Source of the DNA: the human T2T-CHM13v2.0 reference genome, Homo sapiens
Assembly: GCF_009914755.1 (NCBI RefSeq)
Contig: NC_060943.1
Length of the DNA: 64,000 nt
Strand: one strand, 5' to 3'
Positions within the stretch are counted from its first letter, which is position 1, and every line of letters begins with the position of its first letter. Shown here piece after piece: positions 29,555 to 42,039 of the stretch. The notes beneath the pieces were generated by a model. The model saw nothing but the letters and a program-made list of their open reading frames with translations. It was not told where the DNA came from and ran no database searches. The position numbers were made by a program, and so were the translations under genes.

Positions 29555-30477
29555 TGATCACGGTTCGAAATTGGTCTTTGTCCCTGGAATCCATCTATGG
29601 CAGGAACACTCCCATATCTGAGACAGCAGCCCCCAGCAGCCCTGGTTCCATGAGATGGGCCACCTGCAGCCAGCTCCCCCAGAACCTGCGTTGAGGGGGT
29701 CAGAGTCAGTCTTCCCTCCTCTCCCAGGAGGCCAGCCCGGCAGAGGCTGGGCCAGTCTGGTGACCTGTGCAGGAGCTAGGGATGCTAAATTGGGGACCTC
29801 AAGACCAAAAAGGACCAAGGGCCCAGCCCAGCCCTGGCCAGCCTCCATCTGTTAGCCTCAGCGCAGAAATTGCAGGCAGCAGGGGACCCGATGGAGTGCC
29901 TGGATTTTCTCCTTAGTAATGATCGTGCTTACTTACCGGATGATGTGTATCTGAGCTTATGTCTTCGACAGGTGCCCCTGTGGACGAATCTCCCTGGGCC
30001 GACTTCTATAAATATTTCAAAATCAAGCCCCCTTTGATCACTCTTGCGTATGTGCATTTTACATTATATTTAGTTTTGCACCGAATCAAATCTGAGGCCT
30101 CTGTGAAATGAAAATAAACTGTTCGACACGATATCATAGTCCACAAGTGCTCAAATGTAAACGGCTTTAATCAGGGGTAAAGGAGCAGGGAGGTGTAGCC
30201 TGATGTCTATTCCCTGGCTGCTGCTGCCCCAGGGAGGGGTCCTGCGGAGGCCAGGGCCTCTGGTTCCCAGGGCAGGGGCTGTGCGCTGAGGCTGGTGCCA
30301 GGAGCCAAGGCGGGTTAATAGGGGATTAAATGTCTAACTTCCTGCCATGACCAAGTCTGCTTTAAAAAGGGAGCAAGAAAGCCAGCGAGAGGAGAGTAAT
30401 CAATACACTCCTGACAACTGCTGGTATCTTTTTCAGTTTTGCATTATTATGTTAAAGATATACCATTCATTAAAAGC

Positions 30478-30557
30478 ATATATATATATATACACACACA
30501 CATACACACACACACACACAGGCACGCACAGAGAGAGAGAGTCAGAGAGAGAGAGAG
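30478..30557. repeat. Compound (TA)n(CA)n(GA)n microsatellite
   Basis: atatatata-cacacaca-gagagaga. Confidence 0.92.
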
Positions 30558-31970
30558 TTCTTGTTGCTTTCCTTGGTGGGGTGGACACAATTCAGATAAA
30601 AATCCATTACAGAGAATTAGGGGGCTATCTCCTTCTCAAATCATCCCATCTGGGTGAAATGGGAGCCCTGCTTCATGGCCTAGATGCTGGGGTGTCAGGG
30701 CTGAGTTGCCATTCCCAAACTGCAGTCCGTGGATGTGACACCGTGGGCAACGTCCCCTCTCCGGCATGGTGACTGATCATAAGCTTAGAGGACCAGGGGG
30801 CTTGGAGGACTTTCCATAGGGTGGGATTCTCTATGAGCTGCAGACAGGAGGCTGGTAACCCACCTACTCTCACCAAGCTTCCATTCTGAGGAAGCAGGAT
30901 CACTTCCAGCCCGGGTCAAATCCAGGAAGGTTTCCTGGAGCACGTGAAGCCAGGATGTAGCATGGAGGATGGAGTTGGGCTCACAGCTGTGGTGAGGTGG
31001 GGCTGGGCTGCTGGGAGATGTGGGGAAAGTTTCTGCTTCTACTTTTTCACCATTAAAAAGAAGGCAAGGGGAGACGAATGCCTTTTTCCAAACCCTACAC
31101 TCTTCTTTCTCATGCACGGGGAGCCCTCATCACCACAAGAGCTTTGACCTTCCGATGTTTGGTTTGTGGTCCAGGAGTTTATTTTCATCCTTTACTGGTT
31201 TACCATCTTCTCTGACTCACATTGGATAGAACACTGCCTTTTCTAGCTGCGCATAGACAGAAGGTGTGTACAGTTTTGAAGCTGTTCTCTTGTAAGTTTT
31301 CTGGAGACAAGACTGTCACCCCTATAGTTGGTGGCTGCCCTAGTGGAAGCTCTGTGGGGCTGACTGGATAGTCTTAGGACCTCAGCCGTTGGCGTCTTTT
31401 TTATAGGAACCTGGTAGAAGGATGGATGAGGCTCTCCCTGGCAGTGTGAGGCGTGCATGTTATGTTCTTCCTCTGTTAAGAGCTTCTTGAGCCGCTGTTT
31501 TGCCCAAATATGAACTCCATTCTGCTCAGATTGACTTTCAAGTCTGCACCAGCCCATGCCTCTGCCCTATCTCCTCTCTGTCCCCTGAGCATTACAAGCT
31601 CCATATACATTTTGTACATGCTGATCCCTTGGGCACATGTGGCCTACTTCTCCTCTCTACCTGGTGACCTCCTCAAGGCTCGGCCAAGGCCTGTCTCCAC
31701 CACTGCCTTCCTTCCCTTCTCTCTCCTGCACTCCCATCCCACTGTGACCAGCATGCTGAAGCTCTCTGCAATTCAGCAGGTGACCCAAGCTTCATGAGTC
31801 CATCCATCTTCCCCCCACTTCCCCAATTCAGCTTTTAAAGGCAAGGGTCTGGTCTTGCTTATAGATCTCTAGATGTACCCATGTCTTGCCACATGTAGGC
31901 ATTACAAAATGTTATCAAAAGATGCCAGTCCCACTATATAGATCCTCTGATAAGACTGACAACAGGAGCA

Positions 31971-32281
<311 letters not shown>

Positions 32282-32449
32282 AACAGGAGCATTTTTATTA
32301 ACCACCTTTACATGCCTTGGTCATATCCTTCCCCTCTCAGCATGTCCTCTGCTACCAAATTAAGGGGGCTTCTGGATCTAAAAACTATGCTAACTGCTGC
32401 GGTCAGCATCTAAGAAGCATTACTGCACAGGTAGAAAATGCCTCATATT

Positions 32450-32630
32450 CTCTCCCACAACCCCCTGTGCCCTCTCAAAATCCCTTGAAGTGAATAGGAC
32501 AGCCTATCAGTCTGTTAGAGCGATAAAGAAACTGAGGCTCTGGCAGGGGACCAAGGTCACACCGATTCTAGTGGGAGAGCAGGCAATTGGATTCATGTCA
32601 ATGGAACTTCAGGTGTCATTCTCTTTCCAT
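32450..32630 (-). mobile_element. MIR fragment
   Basis: gataaagaaactgaggctc...ccaaggtcacac. Confidence 0.65.
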
Positions 32631-32999
32631 TACTCCAGTCTAGTTGGGGGAATAAGCCACCTGACTCTACAGGAGAATGTGGAATAATGTATCAGCCCTT
32701 CTATATATTAAGAAAATAGAAGAGTCTAAAGATAATTTTTAGGGGGTGACCCTCTGCTCTACCAGCCAGTGAGTAACAGACCTGCTACATTTCTCCGTCT
32801 GCAGTGCCTGCCATGTCTGCCCCACTTGATTTCACTGCCTGGCCTGTGTCTTTGTGCGTCTTCTGTTCCTTGGCCTCCTCAGAGCTTGCCCATGGCTGTG
32901 GCTTCCTTCTTTCCAGGCATTTCCCAAATGACTGAGCTGGGTTCCGACTGTCGTTATCCAGCCCAACAAGAATAAATGTGTTGCAAAAAGCCAGCCTGG

Positions 33000-33142
33000 C
33001 CACTGGCATGTCTTCATGACTTAACTTTCTGAGCCCCTATTTCCTCATCTTTTGTATTGGAATAACATAGCACCAATCATCTAAGATTGTATAAGGCTAA
33101 CATGAGACAATGACTGTGATGTACCTAGCAGTGTTGGCAGGT
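33000..33142 (+). mobile_element. MIR fragment
   Basis: gacttaactttctgagcccctatttcctcatct...aataacatagcacc. Confidence 0.6.
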
Positions 33143-33164
33143 GGTATTTTGATGGAGAGGAGGA

Positions 33165-34112
33165 AGATGATGAAGATGAGGATCCTGTTAATGTACATAG
33201 TGATGGTGGTGGCCATGATAGTGATGATGGTGGTGATATTGATGATAATGATGATGATGGTGGTGGTGATGACGACGATGATGATGGTGATGGTGATGAT
33301 GGTGGTGATGGTGGTGATGGTAATGATAATGATGATGATGGTGATAATGATGATGATGGTGATGGTAGTGATGATGCTGCTGATGATGGTGATGATGCTG
33401 ATGCTGATGCTGATGATGGTGATGATGGTGATAATGATGATGGTGATGATACTGGTGATGATGATCGTGGTGATGATGGTGATGGTGGTGATGCGGATGC
33501 TGGTGATGGTGATGATGATGGTGCTGGTGGTGATGATGATGCTGATGATGGTGATAATGCTGGTGATGATGATGATCATGATGGTGTGATGATGATGGTG
33601 ATGGTGATGATGATGCTGATGATGATGGTGATTATGATGGTGATGGTGGTGATGCTGATGATGCTGCTGCTGATGATGATGCTGATGATGGTGATGATGA
33701 TGGTGATGATGGTGATAGTGATGATGATGGTGATAATGGTGGTAATGATGGTGATGATGACGGTGATGATAATGGTGATGGTGGTGATGCTGATGCTGGT
33801 GATGGTGGTGATGATGATGGTGATGGTGGTGATGCTGATGCTGGTGATGGTGGTGATGATGATGATGATGGTGTGATGATGATGCTGTTGATGGTGATGA
33901 TGCTGGTGATGCTGGTGATGATGTTGGTGAAGATGATGGTGATGGTAGTGATACTGCTGCTGCTGCTGATGATGACGATGGTGATGACAGTGATCATTAT
34001 GGTGATGATGATGGTGATAGTGATGATGATGGTGATAATGGTGGTAATGATGGTGATGGTGATGATGGTGATGATGATGGTGATGATGGTGATGCTCTTG
34101 CTGCTGCTGCTG
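33165..34112. repeat. About 950-bp degenerate (GAT/GGT/GCT)n trinucleotide repeat
   Basis: Continuous atg/gtg/ctg/ata triplets; gives poly-M/V, poly-I/T and poly-H spurious ORFs. Confidence 0.96.
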
Positions 34113-36552
34113 AGGGTTGTTGCTTTTTAATGAGAGGACAGTCCATAGTCTTAACAACTACCCCATGTGAACTTGTCTTCTTTCCATCCCCAGCAGCTAC
34201 TTGCCTGGCTTTGTGTGGTATAGGCAGAAGGTGACCCAGGGATCCAGACCAGAAGTCTTCTCTACTCAGAGAAGATGACAGGAGAACCCCTTTGTTGCCA
34301 TTTTTCTTTTCCATCTGATGTTGTTGTGCTCATTATCTGTCTTCATTTCTGGGCTGCAGTTTTAGCAGAGACTCCAAAAGCCACAGTGATGGAAGCTCTT
34401 TGCCTTTGAGAATTTTTTTTTCACCAAACCCAAACCAAAAATGGTCACGTCTTTGAGAATTTTGAAGTCATCCAAAGTTTCCAGGGAGAAGACATTCAAA
34501 TTCTTTTCCCAAATTCTCCAACTCTTGTCCTACCAGCATGGAAGCTGCCTGGGGCTCCATGGGACCACATATTAAGCCAGCCCAGCCAAATCCTGCTCAC
34601 TACTCAAGTCAGTGAGGGCCTTGACTTTGGCCAATGTTCCATCCCCAAGGGGACACTTGGGAATTTGACTACAGTCTGCAACTTGACTCTGTTGGTTACA
34701 CAGTTGTCATTCTCCACAGCCTGATTTGAATGTGGTATTTTTGTTCATAAATTCAGCAAGGATTTAACTATTTCTGGCCCCATCTCATGGCACTGTCTAC
34801 ACATCAGTCAAAATGGAACAGGTCACCCGCGCTGCCCTCCTGTTCATCTATTAATCATCTGGCAAATAAACCACTCAGTATCCTGCCCACCCCAGTAATG
34901 TTTGTGATGTAATTTGTTTGGATGCCCAAATGTCACCAGTGTTGATTGTAAGAGATCAAAAAAAAAAAATGCACTTGCTCAGCATAGCAAGCTCTAGGCC
35001 AAAATGTAAGCATGAAATCTCTGGTTTATTTTTGTAATAATGTTTACAGCTGTTTAATGACCCTGAAAAGGTTCAGTAGTCTGATGTTCTGTATTTCAGA
35101 ACAGGAGTGTATTATGCTTATAACAACCTTAGTTAAACAGTTTGAGCTACAACAATTGGAAAAATAGTATTTAATACGAAGCCATTGTATTCTAGGTGAA
35201 ATTGTCTTAATTACTGTTTACTGTCAGCATAAGAAAGCAAGGTGGGCTTCAGGGACAGACTGAGGGTCACGTGAGCCTCCAGGAATGGGGTCTGCCTGTT
35301 ACTAGAAGTGCATGTTATGAGAAGATTTTGAGTAAAATCCACAATGGTGTTTGGAAACCCCCTTGCTGTGAACCCGAGTCCTAGACCCTGCAGAGTAACT
35401 TGGAGGTCAGGGACTCCTACAAGGCTTCCGAGGTAGCAGTTTCACCCACGTCGATGAAAAAGGGAATATATTTAGTTGTGCTTGGCTAGACAACAATACT
35501 TGATTTTTTAAAATCCAGTGCAAATGGTTATTTTGAAAGCATTTTATTTTCCAATGATTCTTTTTCGTGGTATAAGGAAAAAGCTCTTTCATACAACTTA
35601 CTGGCAAGATCTATATTTTTTTGGACTATTCATAAGATTACTTTTTTTTTTCTGTGCTAGCAAAATGAAACTGTGTTTTTGTGTAAAATTTATTTAGACT
35701 CGTAGCAGCTGGCATCTCTGGTGTCCTGATAGTTTTAAATTTCATTTTGAGTGAAAGATACAATTAGGTTCTCTATTGGAAGAGTTAAGTGAAAACTTTT
35801 GTCATTGATATCACAGGAAATAGTCTTGAAGGCAGAAATGCAAAATCAAAATAACCATTAGCACCATCAAAGGCAGCTGAATGGCTCACGGTACCTGCAA
35901 TGATGGCAGTGATGAGACAGAATGTATTTTGATAATCTGTGCACCCAATGGTGGGTTTCATTTGCTGAGTGTGAAATTGCATTGTTCAAGAAGAAAACCT
36001 GTAATGTTTGGAAGCCTTCACCCGGGGCCCCTGCCTGTGTTTAGAGGTGCAGCACAGGGGTTTCCACACTGTCGTGAAGAATCCTGTGGCCACCGAGAGC
36101 CTAGCTTAGTTCTTCATCAATACTGACTGTGGAGTTGAGTCCCCAAGGTGCCCCACCATGACCCTGTGCTCAGAAAAGGTCAGGACTGGGGGGGAATGTT
36201 GCCATGTTTCTACATTGGGGGGATGATGCTGCAAACTCAAGAGTTTACAGTGGCCTTTAACTGTCCAGCCTCGGTAAGGACATCTGGCTGCCTTTGCAGA
36301 GTTAGGTAAATTATGCATTCATTTGTTCCTTCCATCAATCAGCCAGGGTTTATTGATCCTCTTCCTTATAGGTTTCAGGCTGGGGCAATGAACTGAAGGC
36401 CAGGGGCAAGCTGTTCTCACTGTTTAGTAGTTTGTTTGCTTGCTTTTAATTGTGCTAAGGGTTTTTCTGCCCAGGTGAGCTGGTTCGATGAGTTCTTGCA
36501 GAGGTTATTCAAAGTCCTGACTGCCCAGTTGCCTTAAGCCCAGGATCATGGC

Positions 36553-36568
36553 CTGCCCTCTGCTGGCC
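36553..36568 (-). promoter_or_regulatory. Candidate CTCF site
   Basis: Reverse complement GGCCAGCAGAGGGCAG matches the CTCF core CCASYAGRKGGCRS. Confidence 0.5.
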
Positions 36569-36578
36569 CCTGGCTTCC

Positions 36579-36810
36579 TTTTTTAAAATTTTAGACTCGG
36601 GGGTACATGTGTATGTTTGTTAAGTTACATGGGTATATTGCATAATGCTGGGGATTGGGCTTATAGTGCACCCATCAACCAAATAGCAAACATTGTACCC
36701 TATAGGTAATTTTATCAACCCTCCCTCCCCTCTCTCCCTCCCCACTTTTGGAGTCCCCAGGGTCTATTATCTCCATCTTTATGTCCGTGTATACCCATTA
36801 TTGAGATTAG
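36579..36810 (-). mobile_element. Older L1PA 3' end
   Basis: T tail + ggggtacatgtg...gttacatgggtatattgcataatgctg...ggagtccccagggtctatt. Confidence 0.85.
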
Positions 36811-36921
36811 CTCAACATGGATTAAAGACTTAAACATAAGATGTGAAATTATAAAAAAAAATCCTAGAAACACCTAGAAAAACCTCTTCTGGACATCAGT
36901 CCAGGTGAATAATTTGTGACT
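36811..36921 (+). mobile_element. L1 ORF2 fragment, inverted relative to the adjacent L1 3' end
   Basis: ctcaacatggattaaagacttaaacataaga...aaatcctagaaaacacctag...cttctggacat. Confidence 0.8.
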
Positions 36922-37131
36922 CCAGCTCCTGGGTCACGCAGTGCTGAGTGAAGGGTCAGTGGGGCGTGTAGGCTAAAGTGCTCTGGCAGCAGGGTTGGGG
37001 GTGGGCTGTGGCAGGAGGCCCCTCCAGGGATATTCCCTATGGGGCCTGTAAGGGAGCAGCATGGTCTGAAAGGGAAGGCTCACTCCCTGGTGGGCTGGGA
37101 AAAGGGATAATAAGACCTTCCAGCAGGTCTT

Positions 37132-37448
37132 TTATTTGAAATTTTAAAAAATTATCTTTTAAATTATTTTTGTTTTTTGAGACAAGGTCTCATTCCCATC
37201 GCCCAGGCTGAAGTGCAGTGGTACGGATCATAGCTCACTGCAGCCTCGACTTCCCAAGGCTCAAGTGATCCTCCCACCTCAGCCTCCCATGTAGTTGGGA
37301 CTACAGGCACGCATCACCATGCCTGGCTAATTATTTTATATTTTTAGTAGAGATGGGGCTTTGCCATGTTGCTTAGGGTGATCTCAAACTCCTGGGGCTC
37401 AGCCTCCCAAAGTGCTGGGATTACAGGTGTGAGCCGCTGCGTCTGGTC
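37132..37448 (-). mobile_element. AluJ with 16-bp TSD
   Basis: TSD ccttcca(g/a)caggtctt at 37116-37131 and 37449-37464. Confidence 0.92.
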
Positions 37449-38397
37449 CCTTCCAACAGGTCTTATCGTTTGCAGGCAGCTCCACTTCCTCCAGCCCCAT
37501 GAGCTCTTATGTCTGCAGCTGGATTCAATCCTTTAACAGTAGGATAAATGATGCCTTAGTTTCCCAGTGTAGGCATTTGTATACATTTCTAGAGGGCTAT
37601 CAGGTAGGGACTCCCCACCCTTCCCTCAACACAGACATAATTATTGCACACACACGCACACACACACACACCCTTAGACACCAAAGCTGCGATGGTTTAT
37701 CTTTTCCCCAGCTTTGCATTCAGCCTCGAAGGGACCTTTCATTGCTCCCTGTTACTTGTGGACACTCACTCACGCTGGCCCCTTAGATGAACAGGCCCTC
37801 GAGGGCAGGTACATGGAAGGTCCCTGGCAAATATTGACTGAATGGCTAAGGTAAGGAATAAACGCATTCTGGATGGGTGAAGTGTCAAGGCTGGAGAAAT
37901 TGGGGCCGACCCAGGTTTTGTGAGTCCCAGGCCGGGCCTGGGGCCAGCTTGTCCTGCCTCGGCTGTTTTGGCGCAGAGACAGCACACCAATTACCCCATA
38001 CTCTTTCCAGGAACTCGTGCTTCCCTTTCTTGCTCTAAGTCGAGCAGCAGGCATCAGTTATGACTGCCCCATTGCAGCGGCCTCGGCTGCACCTGCTCGA
38101 GGAATCACAGAGGATTCTAAGCTGACTGTCGTGGTCCTTTCTCCCAGTAAGGCTCTGTGCAGGCTTCTCCCAGGCTTATTCAAGGGCTGGGGACCAGTAT
38201 CCTGGAAGCATCTCCTAGGGAGCTGGTCAGCTCCTCTGAAACCCTGGGGTCTCCCATGGGCAGTGACGGTCAGTTAAGTTCTAAAGGGAACCATTGCTGT
38301 GTCTCCTAGTATTCAGCAACTGGGCCATCAGGGGTGGTCCAAGCCTGGGGTGATAACCATGGACACCTAGACTGTGAGAGTTAGGGGTGTGGACAGC

Positions 38398-38941
<544 letters not shown>

Positions 38942-38949
38942 TGAGTCTC

Positions 38950-39290
38950 TATTCACTCATTCATCCATTCACTTAGGACACACTGAACCTAAGATAAGCC
39001 AGCTCTGCCTTAGGACCCAAGGCTTCATCCTTGACCAAGACAGACATATCCTCTGCCTTCACGGGAATGAAGTATGTCTGTAAAAGGACCAATGACAAAA
39101 TGTTGCCCCCATGGCAAATGCTATGTAGAAGAAAGTAACATGTTGGGACAGAGAGGGGCTGGGGTGTCAGCCTCAGACAGGGTGGGCACAGAGGGCTTTT
39201 GTGAGAAAGGATGTGTGAGCTCAGACCCACAAGAATAAGAACAGAGCCAACTATGAAAGAGCCGGGGCAGCATGCATGTTCTAGAACATT
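38950..39290 (-). mobile_element. L2 fragment
   Basis: attcactcattcatccattcac...caagacagacatatcctctgccttca...tgagctcagacc. Confidence 0.65.
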
Positions 39291-39366
39291 CTATCCTCAG
39301 CTGAGGATCTAGCAAAGGCATTTAAAGACCTTAAAGAGATTACAAATCTTTGTTAACTCTGGCCAG

Positions 39367-39417
<51 letters not shown>
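39367..39417. repeat. (GATA)12 tetranucleotide STR
   Basis: Perfect GATA x12 + GAT. Confidence 0.97.
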
Positions 39418-42020
39418 TTGAAAAAAATAAAAGAATTCCATACTCAAACCAAATCTGAAAACTCTCACATTCCTTATTTGACGAGTTGAGCTGTCACTTG
39501 CATAGCATGAATGGTGGTGGTGTTGGGGGACATGGTCTTCAACTCCATGCCCCTCATCCAAGCTGATTTGCAGTCTCGCCGCATTGCACATTCAGCCTTC
39601 TTTCCCTCCTGCTGAATTGGCGTCAGCTCATCAGCAGCAACCTGAAAATAGCCCGTCTTCCTGGATTCATGTCTTCTGAGCTGGCCAACTGGGCAGCCTT
39701 TGGAAGTGGGCCAGCCCTGTTGGCCTTGGACTTTCCAAACTTCCATGGAGCTGTTGGGTGGAATTCTGAGCAATCCTGTGTGGCTTCAGGGTCATGATCC
39801 CTGTTGGCTCAGAAGAGGAGCCAGTGCAGCTGTATGGGGCTTGAAGGTGGAGAGAGGGTGCCAGACAGGGCCCTGGGGCCACCAGTCTCTGCCTGGAGCC
39901 TCCAGCAACCTCTGTACACTGTGCCTGCTCCTCCCTGCTGGATAGTGGGTGTCATGAGTCCTGGGGCTGGTGGGTCTTGTCCACCATCATGTCTCCAGTG
40001 GCAAGGCTAGGGACTGGCACATGGAAGGATCTCGGTAAGTCTGTTGAATGAATGCAGCAACCTCCATGGGATATTAGCTTTTTTCTGACCAACCTCCAAA
40101 ATGGGCCCGCGTATTTTAAAAAAATTTGAGTGTAGACTGCCCCCAGAAGCAAAAAGGAAAGATGACAAGCTGGAAGCCTTCTCCTATGGCAAGTGCCCAT
40201 GCACCTTTACGCTTTGCACAGTTGTGCATATCTTTCATTCGTGGACAAAGTTGGCCCAGCACCACCACTGTAATCCCTCTGCCTCCTGGAAGTAAACATT
40301 CATGGCTCTTTCTTCCCTTCCCTTGCAAGATAGACTCCTCCTGCCAAGGAAGTCAGGTCTCCCATTGGAGACCCTCCATGCCACGCAGTCTCCTGGCGGG
40401 AGGCCCAGCAAGCAGCAGACCCTGCCGAGGCTGCCTGTGCTTCCTCCACAGTTGAGCTCTGTCCCCATAGGTCTCCCTGGTTAATCACTTAGCCCAGAAA
40501 TCAGTCCCGGCTGGGGTTAAGCGCAGCTCCTGGACCACCTGGCTGCCCAACACATCTAAACAATGGGATGCAAGAGGAGAGGTGTGTGCAAAGATGATTC
40601 CAATGGCAGGAAACAAATTTGGACTCCTTCAGGTGGGAGACATAGCTGGAAATAGAAGGATCCCAGGCAGGGGTTCATTGCCTTGCAAAGCTGAGCTCCC
40701 CACGTGCTCCAATGTGGAAGGGGCTGTTTCCTCTGCCCTCCCTGGAGCCATCTGGCTTTAGCCATTCTGCACAGGCTGAAGAGGGGGCAGAGAGGACTAT
40801 TAAAGACAATTATGCAGACCAGCTTTGAACGATAGTGTTTAACAAACAACTTTGAGTTCTAATTTTCTGCAAAACACATACTGCAGGTACAATTTGTACT
40901 CATTATTGTATATTGGGAAAGTTATTAAAAACACTCAAACTTGGTTGAGACTTCCTATGGCATCATTCCTGGATTTTAATGGGTTTTTATCTAGTTCTAT
41001 AAAAGACCTCTTTAAACCCAATCAAAGTCCCTGCTTTGGATATCTTGCCATTGAAGGATGGGAAGAGCCCCATTATAAGGTATCGGTGTTTCCTTTGACC
41101 CAAATTTGAACAACTTCAACAATCTGCTAAGATTCCGTCAGGAGATAATTTATACTTCTTTTGATGGGCACAGTTACCAAATGATAAAATAACAGTGTTT
41201 CGTAACATAAGGGTTAAATCTTAATCTCTGAGGTTTGCAAAGCCGCTACTCGCAGTCTCCTTAAAATTTAATATACCTCGTTAATGCTTCCTTGCAAACA
41301 CTGAAGGATTTTTATGATTATAATCATGTGTTACAGCACCTAGTACTGTTTCTAAGCAGCATACTAATCAGCTTAATGAGATATTACTGCACTTTTTGTT
41401 GACTAAAGCAAAATCCCTTTTATTATTCTAAAGCCTGTCCTTTACTTTATTTTTTCCCAAAACATTATCTTGTTTTATTATGTACCAGTAAATATCATGC
41501 CATTGAGTGTTTTTTGTTTGTTTTTTTTTTTTTTTTGGCCAAATCATAAAATGATCTCTTTCATCTCAGACTGGTGAATGTACTGAATATAGTAAACGGA
41601 AACAGAAGTTCCAAGTGGGTTTATTTGGTCTTACAGGGAAAGTCATTCTGCTCTCAGGCAAACTTTGGACGGAACCAACAGGTACAGGTGCGACAATGGG
41701 GCAACGGAGAAAAAGTTTCACACGTAGACCCTTGATTTGTTATTAGGTGTTGAAAGTGGTAAAACATTAATAATTTAAAGGTGAATGAATAATTGCAGTC
41801 TGTAAATAGAAAATACAAGGAAGACGATCTGTCGCCAAAACAAATTGGAGGAGCAATGCCATATTGCATAATTGGCATTTAATAATTCATTTTTTTATTA
41901 TTGTTTTTGACAAGAATTCCTTAGCATGATTATGTGTAGGTAAGGCATGAAATGGAAATTCCCTGCCCGCCAATGCTGTTGATTCATGGCGCCACAGCCG
42001 CACCTGGCACGGATCTGAAC

Positions 42021-42039
42021 TCTGCCTCTCTTTTCAGGG
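42021..42039 (+). promoter_or_regulatory. ZNF536: 3' splice acceptor of the coding exon; exon starts at 42038, 2 nt before ATG
   Basis: Polypyrimidine tract tctgcctctcttttc followed by AG (42036-42037), then GGATG. Confidence 0.92.

Noticed and set aside
33097-34314. Poly-His/Gln, poly-Met/Val and poly-Ile/Thr ORFs
   Set aside because: Translation of a triplet repeat; the His-rich ORF starts at TTG and has no splice or promoter support.
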